Of a stretch of 64,000 bases of DNA, positions 29,697 to 44,084 are shown one piece after another. Each line of letters starts with the position of its first letter. Within the stretch, counting starts at the first letter, position 1. A model generated the notes under the pieces. That model was not told the origin of the DNA, made no database searches, and was given only the letters and a program-made list of their open reading frames with translations. Origin of the DNA: Eledone cirrhosa (lineage: Eukaryota). Location: assembly GCA_964016885.1 (NCBI GenBank), contig OZ024742.1:123256001-123320000 (forward strand). The letters are read 5' to 3'. The translations under genes were made by a program, and so were the position numbers.

Positions 29697-30577
29697 CATT
29701 GGACAGAGCAATTGGTATATTTTGCTCGATCAATCTTACTGACTCCGTGATCATGGAAGAGATTAATAATATATTTATGATATATATTTTGTTTATATAA
29801 TATAACTTTTTGATTCATATTCAATTCCAGAGATGACAGTAGGAATAGAAAATTATACGACAAGTATAATTAATGATTTTTATTTATTTATTTTTATGTT
29901 TATTTCTATTTATTTTTCTCATTTCTATTTTAACACATCTTATTGACGTGTTATCTATGGCCTTGTTCTGCTAAATAGTGCACCAAATAAATTGCATATT
30001 TAAACTGGAAACATTCCAAGTATAATTTCAGTAAGTCATATATATATTCTTGGCAACTATATATTGGTTTTAGCTAATAAATAACCTTTCTATAAATTTG
30101 TATAATACTATTATACCATTGACATGAGAACACTATGAGAGGTTTATTAAGACGGAATGACATATTCCACCTTTATTGTAAATACATTAATGGCTTACAA
30201 TCTCCTATTGTAAAAATACCTTTTTTGTTTGTTTTTTTCTTGACAAAGAAAACATTATACAGAGAACACCTGCAATGTTTAGGAAGTCTGAAAATCACAA
30301 TAATTGAAATTTCCCCCCAGACACTATTATGTATTAATGTTCCCGATTGTAGCTTGTCAGAGAGTCCTTTTCTAGAAACCTGATGTTTGCAGATGGGTTG
30401 GGTGACAAACCACCACGCTGAACGATGTAGTTGAAGATGACACTGGGTTGGAAACGCCTTTCTGTACATCTTTTGTAATGTATTCACGCCACATGCCCTA
30501 ACTCCATTTTACTTCATTTAAATGTTTTATGATACCTTGTATTTCTAGCACGTGTTGATAAGAGAACAATTATATTC

Positions 30578-30652
<75 letters not shown>

Positions 30653-31218
30653 ATGAGTGTGTGTGTGTGTGTGGTGTGCGTGTTTGTGTGTGTGTTTGTG
30701 TGGGTCTGTATGTATGTCTGTAAATATGTATGTATGTGCATGTGTGTGTATTATATATAGAAACCCGATGGTAATTGGGAGGCAAGCACTGAAAAAAGTG
30801 CTCAATACGGTGTTGATGTTGCACCTCCAACGCTCAGCTGACATATGCGTTGGAGGTATAATATCGAGACCCACCCTGGACATGTTGAACAAATGATAAC
30901 ACAATAGTTGTCCGATGAGTTTGTTTCTATTACATAATAGATACCACTGAAATATATATATAACAGTAACAAAAATATTCAATATTAAGATATTAATACT
31001 CTGTGGTGCACAGACCAGCATGGTTGAATCTCAACTGAGAAAGTAAAATACGTCGAGTGCTCAATCCTGTCTAGATATTGATCAGTTTATAAACGCATAA
31101 AACTTGAAAACCAATAAACGGATTATCTAACATCAATGAACCAAATATATATATTTATAAATGTAAATACATACATATAAACACAAACACATACACACAC
31201 ACACGCGCATGTATATAT

Positions 31219-31467
<249 letters not shown>

Positions 31468-31552
31468 AAAGGTAAACAGAGGTAACAACACAATCGGTAC
31501 AGTTTATGAAAGGAATATATTAGGTTAACGCTTGAAATAGCAAGAGGGGCGA

Positions 31553-31586
31553 CTTATCCTTTCGGGCGCTAGTCCTTCATCAGAAG
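31553..31586 (-). ncRNA. Decayed Penelope-type hammerhead
   Basis: Minus strand: ctt-CTGATGA-aggac-tagc-gccc-GAAA-ggat-aag; stem III/NUH degenerate. Confidence 0.45.
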
Positions 31587-31718
31587 AAAAAGTGGGAAAT
31601 TAGAAAGATTAGAGGGACGGGTGGGGCGGGATAGGAAAAAATATTACATTGCCATCTCTTGAAAAACTCTGCTGGCCTTTTTAGAAAAGTGAATGAATGG
31701 AGTGGAATAAAAAAAAAG

Positions 31719-31750
<32 letters not shown>

Positions 31751-31758
<8 letters not shown>

Positions 31759-31975
31759 AGATCAAAAAATGGTTAAAAGAGTTCCATGTATTTTATTATG
31801 CGCATTTCAAAAACAAATATCATCATGCAATAACATTTGCGTTTTCGTCAGATAAAATAGGAAGACATAATATAGGTTAAAACACACTTGTGAATAGTGC
31901 AGTTTTAAATCAAAATATCTACTTATCCGATATCTGCATTGCTTTATTGTACTACAATAAAACTCACCTCCTACA
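31751..31975. mobile_element. Family D hammerhead element with internal inversion, in (TA)n
   Basis: Homologous to 46171-46565 and 63939-64000; terminus ...ctcacctcctaca(TA)n. Confidence 0.8.
31789..31859 (-). ncRNA. Type I hammerhead ribozyme (family D)
   Basis: Minus strand: tattttat-CTGACGA-long stem II-GAAA-TGCGCA-TA-ataaaata, perfect 8-bp stem I. Confidence 0.85.
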
Positions 31976-32267
31976 TATATATATATCTATATACATAAAT
32001 ACATAAATGGAGAAAGCTACTAGCGATGCTCCGGCCAAATTCCAACTCACTCAACAAACATTAGGAAATACCGGAGTATATTCCCAATTAAACGTTTGGG
32101 GTGTTAACTATATTGTATTGTGTGGAAAATTGGCTGTATTATTTTATATGAGATATATCAAATATCTCATTTCCCAGACGAATCGTTTCATTATCAGATT
32201 TCTACATGGTGGGTGAAGTTATACCAAGTTATATATATATATATATATTCTAAATTCTTACATTCTA

Positions 32268-32560
<293 letters not shown>

Positions 32561-32640
32561 AACATAAGAGCACCACTGACGATGTTGCAGATGTGCAACG
32601 AAAGAACTTTGTTAGTCTATATATATATGTGTGTGTCTAT

Positions 32641-32810
32641 ATTATATCTGTATGTTTGACCGTTGGTCAGTCAATGGTAAACATTGAGGACCGAATGAAT
32701 TAACTGATATAAAAGATACAGAAGCGAAAACCAACCAAACAGTGAGTGTGTTCTGTTATTAATTCTGGAAATATTATTACAACAATATGACCCTCCCCAA
32801 GTATAACGAT
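32641..32810 (+). mobile_element. Short element sharing the family C motif atgaccctccccaagtataac
   Basis: Close copy at 61119-61291; both lie in microsatellite. Confidence 0.75.
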
Positions 32811-32823
32811 ATATATATATAGA

Positions 32824-33172
32824 GATATTGTTATACTTTGGGAGGGTCATGTTGCCAATAAGAAACACACGCACCAGTTGCGTCCACTTTAATTTATTAT
32901 ATATTTATAAATTTATAGATTTACAAATCTACAAATTTATAAATTTCTGGTTGGTTGGTTGGTTATCTGGTTGTGGAGCCAACCAACCAACCAGAAATTT
33001 ATAAATTTGTAGATTTGTAAATCCATAAATTTATAAATATATAATAAATTGAAGTGAAAGCAACTGGTGCGTGTGTTTCTTATTGGCAACATGACCCTCC
33101 CAAAGTATAACAATATCGGTTTCAACACACGATTTCAGATAAAGAATCTTGCTAAACAAATTCAGAAACGAA
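32824..33172. mobile_element. Family C palindromic element in (TA)n
   Basis: Arms about 32824-32962 and 32979-33117; motif atgaccctcccaaagtataacaatatc; homologous to 46642-47060. Confidence 0.85.
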
Positions 33173-33275
33173 ATATATATATAGATAGATATATACATAT
33201 ATATCAAATATTTCTGTAGAAAAGGTAAACGAAGGGAGAGGGATCTATGTATACTACAGAGCTATTTAATTATGT

Positions 33276-33446
33276 AATAAACAGCACAATACAATTATTC
33301 CATTTACCAAAGGTTGTACGAAGACAGGCGAGCTCAATTGAGACGTCTGAAATCGTTCATCAGAAAGGAACGATTTCAGACGTCTCTATTGAGCTCGCCT
33401 GTCTTCGTGAAACCTTTGGTAAATGGAATAAATGTATTGTGTTGTT

Positions 33447-33450
<4 letters not shown>
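33276..33450. repeat. Palindrome with about 83-bp arms carrying a split hammerhead
   Basis: 33276-33358 vs 33368-33450. Confidence 0.9.
33298..33370 (-). ncRNA. Hammerhead ribozyme with mutated GAAA (left arm of 33.3-kb palindrome)
   Basis: Minus strand: ttccttt-CTGATGA-acga...tcgt-ACAA-CCTTTGG-TA-aatggaa; the opposite arm retains GAAA-CCTTTGG-TA. Confidence 0.65.
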
Positions 33451-33512
<62 letters not shown>

Positions 33513-33720
33513 CTATGTATACATACATACATACATGTATACAGACGTACAGTAGTATGTATATATATATATATACATACATGTACACATCTATATATGT
33601 ACGTATGGATTCATCGAACATTTATTATAATGCTCGGTGTGTTTGTAAACAAACTTTCCGTATTAAGCCGTACAGTGTTTAACAACCATCGTTGCTCATT
33701 TGTTCAACACTGACAAAGCA

Positions 33721-33763
33721 ACGTTGTACTAGTTTCAAGCTTATTAGCTATCGTCAGCAACGT
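33721..33763 (-). ncRNA. Minimal type I hammerhead ribozyme (family A)
   Basis: Minus strand: acgttg-CTGACGA-tagctaataagctt-GAAA-CTAG-TA-caacgt, perfect 6-bp stem I. Confidence 0.85.
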
Positions 33764-34128
33764 ATACCTTCCTGCCAGATGATTGAACGTCTGAAAGTAT
33801 ATACTTACCTTATGCATATTAACGGCTGAGCAGCCTAATTTGTATATCGAGTGAGTTAATTGGCCGGGGTACCGAAAACGATAAACGGAAATAATGAAAC
33901 GAAATTTCATTTCTCACTCTTAGTACGGCTGTTACTTAAATATAAGTATGTATACGTACATACATATATGTATACAAACGTACAGTAGTGTGTATATATA
34001 TATACATACATGCACACATATATAAATGTACGTATGGATTCACCGAACATTTATTATAATGCTCGGTGTGTAATATGCATAAGGAAAGTATATACTTTCA
34101 GACGTTCAATCATCTGGCAGGAAGGTAT

Positions 34129-34171
34129 ACGTTGCTGACGATAGCTAATAAGCTTGAAACTAGTACAGCGT
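34129..34171 (+). ncRNA. Minimal type I hammerhead ribozyme (family A)
   Basis: acgttg-CTGACGA-t-agct-aata-agct-t-GAAA-CTAG-TA-cagcgt: stem I, core, stem II, palindromic loop III, GUA cleavage triplet. Confidence 0.85.
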
Positions 34172-34441
34172 TCCTTTGTCAGTGTTGAACAAATGAGCAA
34201 CGATGGTTGCTAGACACTGTACGGCTTAATACGGGAAGTTTGTTTACAAACACACCGAGCATTATAATAAATGTTCGGTGAATCCATACGTACATATATA
34301 TATGTTGGCATGTATGTATATATATATATATACGTACTACTGTACGTCTGTATACATATCTGTATGTACGTATACATACTTATATTTAAGTAATAGCCGT
34401 ACTAAGAGTGAGAAATGAAATTTCGTTTCATTTTTTCCGTT

Positions 34442-34604
<163 letters not shown>

Positions 34605-34811
34605 TTGAACTTGATCTTACTATAAATCCGTGCTCAGATTGCTTTTATGTACGATGACTGTTCAGGCAACAGAACGATTCATTTTGCCATGCCTAAAGTA
34701 TCAAATACGTATAGTCAGAAGCACCGAGTAGCGATGTAGCGGGCCGGAAGCTTAAAACTAATAAATATAGCACTCTAAATTTATTAAGCATCTTTTCTGA
34801 AGTTCCTATGT

Positions 34812-34854
<43 letters not shown>

Positions 34855-34878
34855 ACACACACACGCGCGCACACGCAC

Positions 34879-34949
<71 letters not shown>

Positions 34950-34960
34950 CGCACACATGC

Positions 34961-35041
<81 letters not shown>

Positions 35042-35989
35042 ATTAATGAAACGTTTGATGAAATTAATGTTCTTTTGTAATACGTTATTACTTTTTATGA
35101 TTACATTTGATTCAAGTAACATGAAACATTTACTACGGTCTCATAACAATTCCGTCTACAAAGTTATTTATTAAATATTTTTTCCGAATACCAACTATAT
35201 GGATATAAATGCTGACAGAAAAAAATCGTATAATTCTATTATCCCCTGTCATGAGAACACTATGAAAGTTTTATTAAGCTGGAATGACACATTCTCCGTT
35301 TATTCTCAATATATTAATGGCATACACTTTCTTCATGTCAAAATAACTATTTGTTTTTGTTTTTAATAATATTTTCGTTCTGTTTTATTTTTCTAAAACA
35401 AACGAAAAAAGAACAAAAAAACAATCGATGGAAAAAGAACACCTGCAATCTTTAAGAAAACTCGCAATCGAAAGAATTGAAATTTCTCATTAATTTTATT
35501 TCAATCAATGTTGTTAATTAAAGCTGCCGATTTTCGGCCATCTTTAGTCACATGCGGTATATACATAGAGGTGTCTAACTTAGGAAGCTGAAAAATCTTT
35601 AAATAATATACATCGTAAAATATATATTTCATTATATTTAAGCGTATACAGACCAGAATCGAGAATCAGTTGGATGTCGTTGTAAAAACCTTATGGGATG
35701 TAATTTCATCGCTTCACATTCTCAGATAAATTCTACAATCCATCACTCAGAGGTTAATACAGTATCAAATATACCCAACTACATATATAGCAAAGTGTAG
35801 AGTAATTGCTACCAGTTATGTGACTACATACTGTATATGGACCTGTAAATCATGATAGAGCCGTAGGTGTGGTGTCGTGACGTACGGCGTGTTGTGGCTA
35901 TTTTAAACCTGGTGCAGCCCATTCCCTCTCTAGATCCGAATACAGCCGATTTCTTCCAGATATGAATGTAGAGAAAGACTCAATCTCAG

Positions 35990-36780
35990 TAGTGAACTAG
36001 TCATTTCTTTTATAGGATGAAAAGATGAAAGACTTTTAAAGGATGGAAGGCTAAAGTTAAACTCAATGTGGTTTGAACTTAGCGCACAGTTCCAAAAGAA
36101 ATAAGATGGAGCATTCTATACGACGTTTTAATATCTGTGTCACTTCGCCGCCGATACACATATGTGGCCGATACACATAGTGGCTCTTAGTTTGATTGAT
36201 TAACAGTAACGGTAGAGCGCCGGACGCCAAACTTTGCAGCATATAGTTACGTCTCTTTACGTTCTAAGGTCAAATCTCACGGAGGTTAGGTTTGCCTTTC
36301 ATCCCTACAAGGTTGATAAATTTAAGTGTCAGTAACGCACTGAGATCGGTTTCATCGACTTTAACTCCCAAAGGTTGTTGGCCTTGTGCCTGAATCAGAA
36401 ACCAATATTAGTGGCTCTTTACTAAAACATTTTTTTTTTCGAAACTATTACAAGCTTTTCAAAAGCGTGTATGAGTTCTTGATTCAGTGCATCTTTCCAA
36501 AGGTTATTACAAAAACCCGTAACACAAATATTTATCATGCACGACAAAATTTCTGAAATTAATAATGATTTCTGATTTAGATTCAAAGTCAACAATTTTG
36601 GTAGGGGGCAAAGTCGATTCAATTGACCCCAGTATATTACTGGTTTATATTTTATCGATCCTGTATGAATGAAAGGGGTAAAGCTAACCTAGGCGCTATT
36701 TGATTTCGGAATTCAGTAAAGCACCGATTCTATATGCAGCAACGCATGTTGTCCGGCGTACTAATCAACCATCCTCACAG
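35990..36780. mobile_element. Three diverged SINE family 1 copies (-, +, -)
   Basis: Body motifs at about 36000-36155, 36190-36410 and 36600-36775. Confidence 0.7.
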
Positions 36781-36815
36781 AAATCCAATTTTCGTTTGTA
36801 GCATATTATTACTTT

Positions 36816-36977
36816 AGGGTCGGACGCCATGCTTTCCAGCATAGTTACGTCCCTTTACGATCTGAGTTCAAATCCCGCCGAGGTTGACTTTGCCTTTCAT
36901 CCTTACGGGGTCGATAAAATAAAGTACCAGTAATGCACTGGTTAATTGCTGGCCTTGTGCCTAAAGTAGAAACAATC
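36816..36977 (+). mobile_element. SINE family 1, 5'-truncated
   Basis: Close match to family consensus. Confidence 0.9.
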
Positions 36978-37930
36978 ATTACTTTAAATCTTTTGATTCG
37001 AGTGATACGAAACATTTACAAATTGGTTTGTAAAGTGATTCACAAAATATTTCTCACAAGATACGAACGAATGAATATATGTACCGAAAAAAATCAAAAA
37101 TCAAACGCCTTTAACGTTTCAAAATATCATGGACCACGACTAAAAGAAAAAACCCTTTCGAACGGCATCCGGACAAAACTAAATGGTCTCTACTCTTCTG
37201 TATTAGCTAGATACACAGATTCTCCGAATTGGAGTTAATAGCTGATTTCTTCACATAAAAGTAAATTAAGAGCTATACAAACTATCACCTAAAGAGTCAA
37301 TGCTGATAAGATAGAATTACCTCTGCAATATAGACACAAACATTTCGAACGATTTTTAGAAACGTTGAGCCGATATATGTGTATTGAAAATTAATCTAGA
37401 GTTAGAAACTTCAACGCTCCTTTGTTTTTACTCTGAAGAATAGTCTAACAAATTAGGCATAAAAAACCTCTGGATGGAAAAAACGTTGACACCGTCGCCC
37501 GTAAGACACGAACTCATATATGTCTTATATGCCGGACGGCTACCTGTCGATCCAAAGCGAGGCTCACGACATTTTCCGCTATTTTGTAGTCGTATCAACC
37601 GAGCAGAATGTAAACAGTGATCTATTTTTAGAAACGTTGATGCATTTATTGACAAGTAACCTAGCGTTAGAAGATTCAACGCACGAATTTCTTTTAATTT
37701 TACAATGAAAAATAGTCTAACAAATTGGGTATAAAAGGTGTCAGGACGGTAAATGGATGACAGAACCGCCCATTCCACGATTGTTTAGCCATCAAACTCT
37801 AGGTTAATTTTCAATAAATATATAAGGTGTATTCTATTCACAATTTAGTTAATATTTAACTGTTCTATCTACGTATGCACATAAAACGCCGCAATCTCTC
37901 TCACCTATTCTTTGTATATATACATATATA

Positions 37931-38528
37931 CACGAGGTGTTATCAAAGGTTTTCCGGACTAGTTTTGTTGCACGCCAAATGATGGCAACACACACAGCGA
38001 GAACTAGAAGGGACTTTCATGCACCAGTCTGCAGAGTTCACTTCACAAGTTGTGAAATTTGTGTTTGTGATCACGTGTACGCTGTAGCCTGCGATTATGT
38101 CACATTCAAAGGGCCAACGTGAAATTTTTCTTTCCACTTGGGATGTCTGCTACAGAGACATTGAGTATGCTTAAGCAATGCGTCATACGCGTTGTTTCGA
38201 GTGGCACGGGCGCTTCAATAGCAGGAAAACGTCCCCGGAAGATAACGAGCGATCAGGAAGCCCTTCCACAATCGTCACCCCAGAAATATGAAGAACATTA
38301 AACAGTTTGGTCATGAGGATGGTCGGGCGACAATCACGATATTGTTAATGTTTCAAGGGGGACGTGAGTTGAAAGGGATCAGATTGGTGCAGCGGAAAGA
38401 TTTGGAATCTTGACGACGACAATGCACCTTGTGTGTTGCTGCGCAAGGTGAATATTTCGAGGGGGTTGGTGTTAAAACTTCAATAAATATAAATATATAT
38501 TTTCTAAACATAAGTCCGGGAACTTTTG
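37931..38528 (+). mobile_element. Internally deleted Tc1/mariner element
   Basis: TA followed by TIR cacgaggtgttatcaaaggttttccggact, partial right TIR agtccgggaacttttg; frameshifted peptides ANVKF..LGMSATETLSMLKQ, FEWHGRF...EDNERSGSP, DDDNAP and CVAAQGEYFEG. Confidence 0.9.
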
Positions 38529-38541
38529 TATATATATATAT

Positions 38542-38722
38542 ATTGTTTCTACTTTAGGCACAAGGCCAGCAATTACCCAGTGCATTACTGGTACTTTATT
38601 TTATCGACCCCGTAGGATGAAAGGCAAAATCAACCTCGGCGGGATTTGAACTCAAATCGTAAAGGGACGTAACTATACTGGAAAGCATGGCGTCCGACCC
38701 TCTACTGATACTGCCAATCCAC
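38542..38722 (-). mobile_element. SINE family 1
   Basis: Close match to 16241-16428. Confidence 0.9.
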
Positions 38723-38818
38723 ATATATATTAGTAGGTATTTATGCATATGTGTGTTTGCACTCGCAGTTGTGTATATATACACTTGTGTGTATATATAT
38801 AAATATATATATATATAT

Positions 38819-39007
38819 AACGAGGGAGTTGTGGTAAGGAACCAGATGGACCATAACGCACCAGAGTACTCAATACGTAGGGTAGTAGAGTGGGTAATAG
38901 GAAAATGTAAGACCCCGACGGCAGAGCTCAAGACGTTTCGACGGCTATTTCTGAGTCCAGAAATAGCCGTCGAAACGGCTTGAGCTCTGCCGTCGGGGGT
39001 CATACAT

Positions 39008-39011
<4 letters not shown>
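38819..39011. mobile_element. Family E short element with terminal fold-back, in (TA)n
   Basis: 38901-38953 is inverted to 38958-39011; homologous to 57483-57657 and 58915-59043. Confidence 0.8.
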
Positions 39012-39045
<34 letters not shown>

Positions 39046-41061
39046 GTATAATGTTATACATATCTATATGAATCTCTCTCTATATATATACGCGTACTTA
39101 CATGTCTCTCTTTATGTATATGTGCAGATAAACCTGTGTGGCTGTGCATTTATACGCACGCACACACACAGACACACAGCACACACACATGCATACATGT
39201 ATGATAAATATATATAAAAACGTTTTCGTGTTTTAAACCATTATATATATATATAAGGTTTCCATGTGTTAAACCATCGCGACCGGGTATATTTTCTCTA
39301 TCAAATTAGAATTTCTACAGCAATAATATGCGCGTTACATAAACATAATCTGTCCCTGCTTTGATGATCCATAAACTGACTTTGAAGAAAACTACAGGAA
39401 AGAACACTGCAAGGTATTTTGAAATAACATCTTATTGATTTTTTTCTTGGTTTAGTTACAAACGTTTGATGTTTCAAATTAGCCATCTTCATGATAACAG
39501 AAGCTTTGCTATGCGAAAATTACAACCACAGCTTCAGGCATTCGCCGTTTCAAAATGGCTGTGAGCTGTGGAGATGTTTTTTGTTAAAATCGTATGTATT
39601 TGTTTGTTGCGTTCATTGTGATATTTATATGCCCGATTGTATATCCATACAGCTATAAACTTAATACGATGATGAAGTATACAAGTAAACGAAATGCCAT
39701 TTTATATTCAGCTTTTTAGCGTAGATATGCCTTTATGGTCCAGAAGTTCACGTGTCGATATTTGGGATTGCGTGGACTCTTTTGATCAAAGCACTTTACT
39801 TTGTATACTAACAAAATAGGTCGAGGCACATGACCTGGCTTTCTCTAGAATTATAGTGGGAAAATACATTCATTGATAGAGGCGTTTAAACAAACGTATT
39901 TTTCATGAATTGATAAACTTAAGTTGGACTTGTATAGTTTTACATGAGAGGAAGTCATTAACTTTGGCACGGTTGTCTAGTGTAGAATACCTGCTGTTAC
40001 TAGTGATTAACAGCACATCTCTGATCAAGTACACCTATTGTCAAAATGCTGCTCAAGCTTTACCATCCAGATTTTCCAGAGTACATTTCCAAATGTTCCT
40101 CATTAAGTCGTGAGCGTGCCATAAATCTAGTAGGTTTAGCAAAATATAGACGCTCTCTAATTGGCTGTAATGTTGCAATAGAATCAAATCTACATGCCAG
40201 CAAAATTCGTCAATTATGTAACAATTAAGTGGGGAATTAACAGGGTAGTTAAAACGTTGGATAGAATGCTTGGCGGTATTTGGTTTGGCTCTCCGGTCTT
40301 TTTGTTCAAATCCTGTTGAAGTCAACTTTGTTTTTATCCATTCAAGGTCCATAAAACTCGTACCATCCTAGTATTGGCATCAATTCTTCCTCTATATCAC
40401 TTTCTCATTATTTATTTCTCGCTTTCTCTGGAAGAAATCCGCTGTGTTCAGACCTGGATAGGGGATGGGCTCTGCCAGGTATAAACATGTCCTAGACACC
40501 CCGATCCTCTACGACTCATCAACAAGAGCTATCGGTTAATGCATGCTATGCATTATAAGGTCACAGATGTTATTACAAATTCCAGCTAAATATTCCCAAA
40601 TAACAACCTACTGTCTTATATGTACAATGGACGTATTTGGTAATATAATGGTATATGTATTAATTATATCTGTAAAACAATGTCACCGCCAAAATGTATT
40701 TGAACATATGGTTCCTTGATCAGTATTGGGCTGACACTAAACAACAATAGAAATAATTACAACAACAATAGCAGCAACAACATTGGTTTAATTATTTTGT
40801 CTCTAAGCCCGAGAGTATCATTTTGGATGCTTCTTGTTAATTGCAAACAACATCCAAGTGTTTGACAGATCAAAAATAACAAAAAATATTTATGTGTAGG
40901 TTTTAAAACTCCTGATATATGTCTTTCATTTTGCTTCTTCTTTTTCGAAAATTGTGTTATATATTACAAATTCGAATATAAATAGTGCACATGTATACAT
41001 AAGTTGTAGCAGGTGGAAATAGATGCATGATTTAAAATAAGATGTAAATATGTATATAGAA

Positions 41062-41104
<43 letters not shown>

Positions 41105-41108
41105 ATAT

Positions 41109-41354
41109 TAATAAATGGAAACTATATTTATAAAACCATAATTATTTTATTATATATATTTTTCAAGGGCAACCAAGGCAAATATATATAATAAGAGAAA
41201 AACATAAACAAACGAACAAACAAACAAACATGCATACAAAAACACACAGATACATTCATAGATACTTACATATATACATATATACATACATTATGCCCTT
41301 GAAATATATATAATAAAATAATTATGGTTTTATAAATATAGTTTCCATTTATTA
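41109..41354. repeat. Inverted repeat (about 62-bp arms) containing the 3' half of a hammerhead
   Basis: 41109-41171 vs 41295-41354; arm reads gccctt-GAAA-TATATA-TA-ataaaata. Confidence 0.8.
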
Positions 41355-41540
41355 GGTGGATTGGCAGTATCGGTAGAGGGTCGGACGCCATGCTTTCCAG
41401 CATTAGTTACGTCCCTTTACGATTTGAGTTCAAATCCCGCCGAGGTTGACTTTGCCTTTCATCCTTACGGGGTCGATAAAATAAAGTACTAGTAATGCAC
41501 TGGGTAATTGCTGGCCTTGTGCCTAAAGTAGAAACAATTA
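41355..41540 (+). mobile_element. SINE family 1
   Basis: Close match to family consensus. Confidence 0.9.
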
Positions 41541-41627
41541 TTATATTGAATAATTACTCCACTAACTTGTTGAGTTATAAAAATGCTTAAGCTTGTTGAA
41601 TCCCAACAAATTAAATATAACCTCTGC

Positions 41628-41664
<37 letters not shown>

Positions 41665-42364
41665 GGTGTGTGTATGTACATGTGTGTGCCTGTGTGTCCG
41701 TGTGTCTGTGTGTGTTATATCGTGCGTAGATTGGTTGTGTTTTAACACATGTTCTCATTTCCATATGAATATGCCAGTATGAATGAATATACACAATGCA
41801 TAATATGGAAGTTGATAGTAGCTATATTAACAGTTTCACTGTACGGCTAGCATATTTTTGATGAAATTCATTCCAGCCATGACCATTCTGTCAATTTAAG
41901 GGTTTGTTTAGAATTACATTATTTTGTGTTTTTTCAAGATTATTTGGCTGCTATTTCTAATATGTTCCCTAACTTGCGTATGTATATATGTATATATGTA
42001 AGTATGTATGAATGTATGTGTTTTTGTATGCATGTTTGTTTGTTTGTTCGTTTGTTTATGTTTTTCTCACTTATGACAAATTAAAATTAAAAATAGCTAA
42101 AAATATTCGGTCAGAATGTCATATAGACAAATCTCCAAGTACCCAGCATTGTATGAAATTAAACTCCATAAAATATCAGGAGTTTTCGACAACACGTAGA
42201 CTGTAGCCTGGAAATGATTCTGATTTCACTATATTTCATGTATCATTACGAATGCGTTACGGAAATTCATTACAGAAATGTATTTTTATGCATTTATATA
42301 TTGTAGATGCAGTACGAAGATATTGCGTAACTATAGTGCTTCCACAACGAGTTTGCGTTTGCGC

Positions 42365-42400
<36 letters not shown>

Positions 42401-42405
<5 letters not shown>

Positions 42406-42635
42406 AGTTGAAAATGCATTTGGAGTTGTTAAGGTTTATTTACAATAACCGATCATTTTAATCGGTTCCAAATTTCATGATTTATCAGTTTCATAAGTTT
42501 CTTAACTTTTCAAAATCATGAACATGTGAAACCGGTATAATTATACTCTATTGTAAATAAAACTTCTGAAAAACTGCAATTGCATTTCAGCTTCTCTTTC
42601 CTTTATTTTTACCAGTGTAGTATACACTAAGATAC

Positions 42636-42640
<5 letters not shown>
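42401..42640. repeat. Diverged inverted repeat in (TA)n with hammerhead remnants
   Basis: Left arm (minus) ctgataa-atcatgaa; right arm atcatgaacatgt-GAAA-CCGG-TA. Confidence 0.6.
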
Positions 42641-42731
<91 letters not shown>

Positions 42732-42914
42732 CATATATATAACGTGGAGTTACTGTAGGTTCACCCGAGCGAGTACTCGATGCGTAGTGTCTAGTTTGTA
42801 AAGAGGTGTAGAACGAAGCACAGTGTAATTATAATAATATATAATATTATATATATATATATTATTCAAAATGTTAACAAATGAATAAAAAAATTGACAT
42901 AATCAAAATATATA

Positions 42915-42973
42915 CTTTATTATATATATTTCAAAGGTACTATGTTGTTTAAGTACGTTTTCCTCAGACAGAA
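42915..42973 (-). ncRNA. Type I hammerhead ribozyme, slightly decayed
   Basis: Minus strand: ttctgt-CTGAGGA-aaacgtact-taaacaacat-agtaccttt-GAAA-TATATA-TA-ataaag; same architecture as family D. Confidence 0.65.
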
Positions 42974-43072
42974 TATATGATTTGATGTATGACATACCGC
43001 TACGGTCTTGATGGTCTTGATTATTCAATTCCAGTATTCCTTGAGTAATCAACGAACCATACTAATGTTTGG

Positions 43073-43410
<338 letters not shown>

Positions 43411-44084
43411 GTAAGAACGTTTGTGTGTGAATGTGTGTATGATTGTGCGCGTGTGTATGTGTGCGTACAAAGCGGGGAAATAGTTGTTATTGAGAGCCTG
43501 TTGTTTGCCCCATTTCTACAAATAACGATCGATTCCCTCCTTAATGCCAATTTGCCAAAGAATAAACAGATTCTTAATATTCTTTATTTTTAGTTTCATT
43601 TTTAAGACAAAAATGCAAAGAAATATAGTTTGACAGATGATATTTGGCTGTCTGTCGACAACGTGCATCGAATCAAAGAGCAGATATCTACAAAAAAAGA
43701 AAATACATAATGGAGAACCTGGCTAATGAGATTCTGATATGAACAGATACAGAAAGGAAAGCGAAGAAAGAGGAGAAGAATTTAAAATACAGATCGAGAA
43801 AAGAAGAAAGACAAAAAATCTATATGGAGGATTAGACATGTATAGCAGGATAAGGAGTACAGGAGAAATCAAAATAAGATTCATGGGGAATAATAAAATT
43901 TAAGTAAACTAGATGGAGAAGTGGGAGAAAAAGTAAGGTAATAAATAGTGAAAAGGCTGAAAGATCATATCAACAAATAATTTGAAATGAAATGAAACGA
44001 AGCGTTCATGGGAAATGATGTAACATACAGTATAACAAAGAAACCAAAAGATAAATAAACTCCTGTCTTGTTAGGTTGTTAATT

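Noticed and set aside
39480-39565. YY1-like motifs (gccatctt, aaaatggct) suggesting a promoter
   Set aside because: Short motifs with no linked exon.
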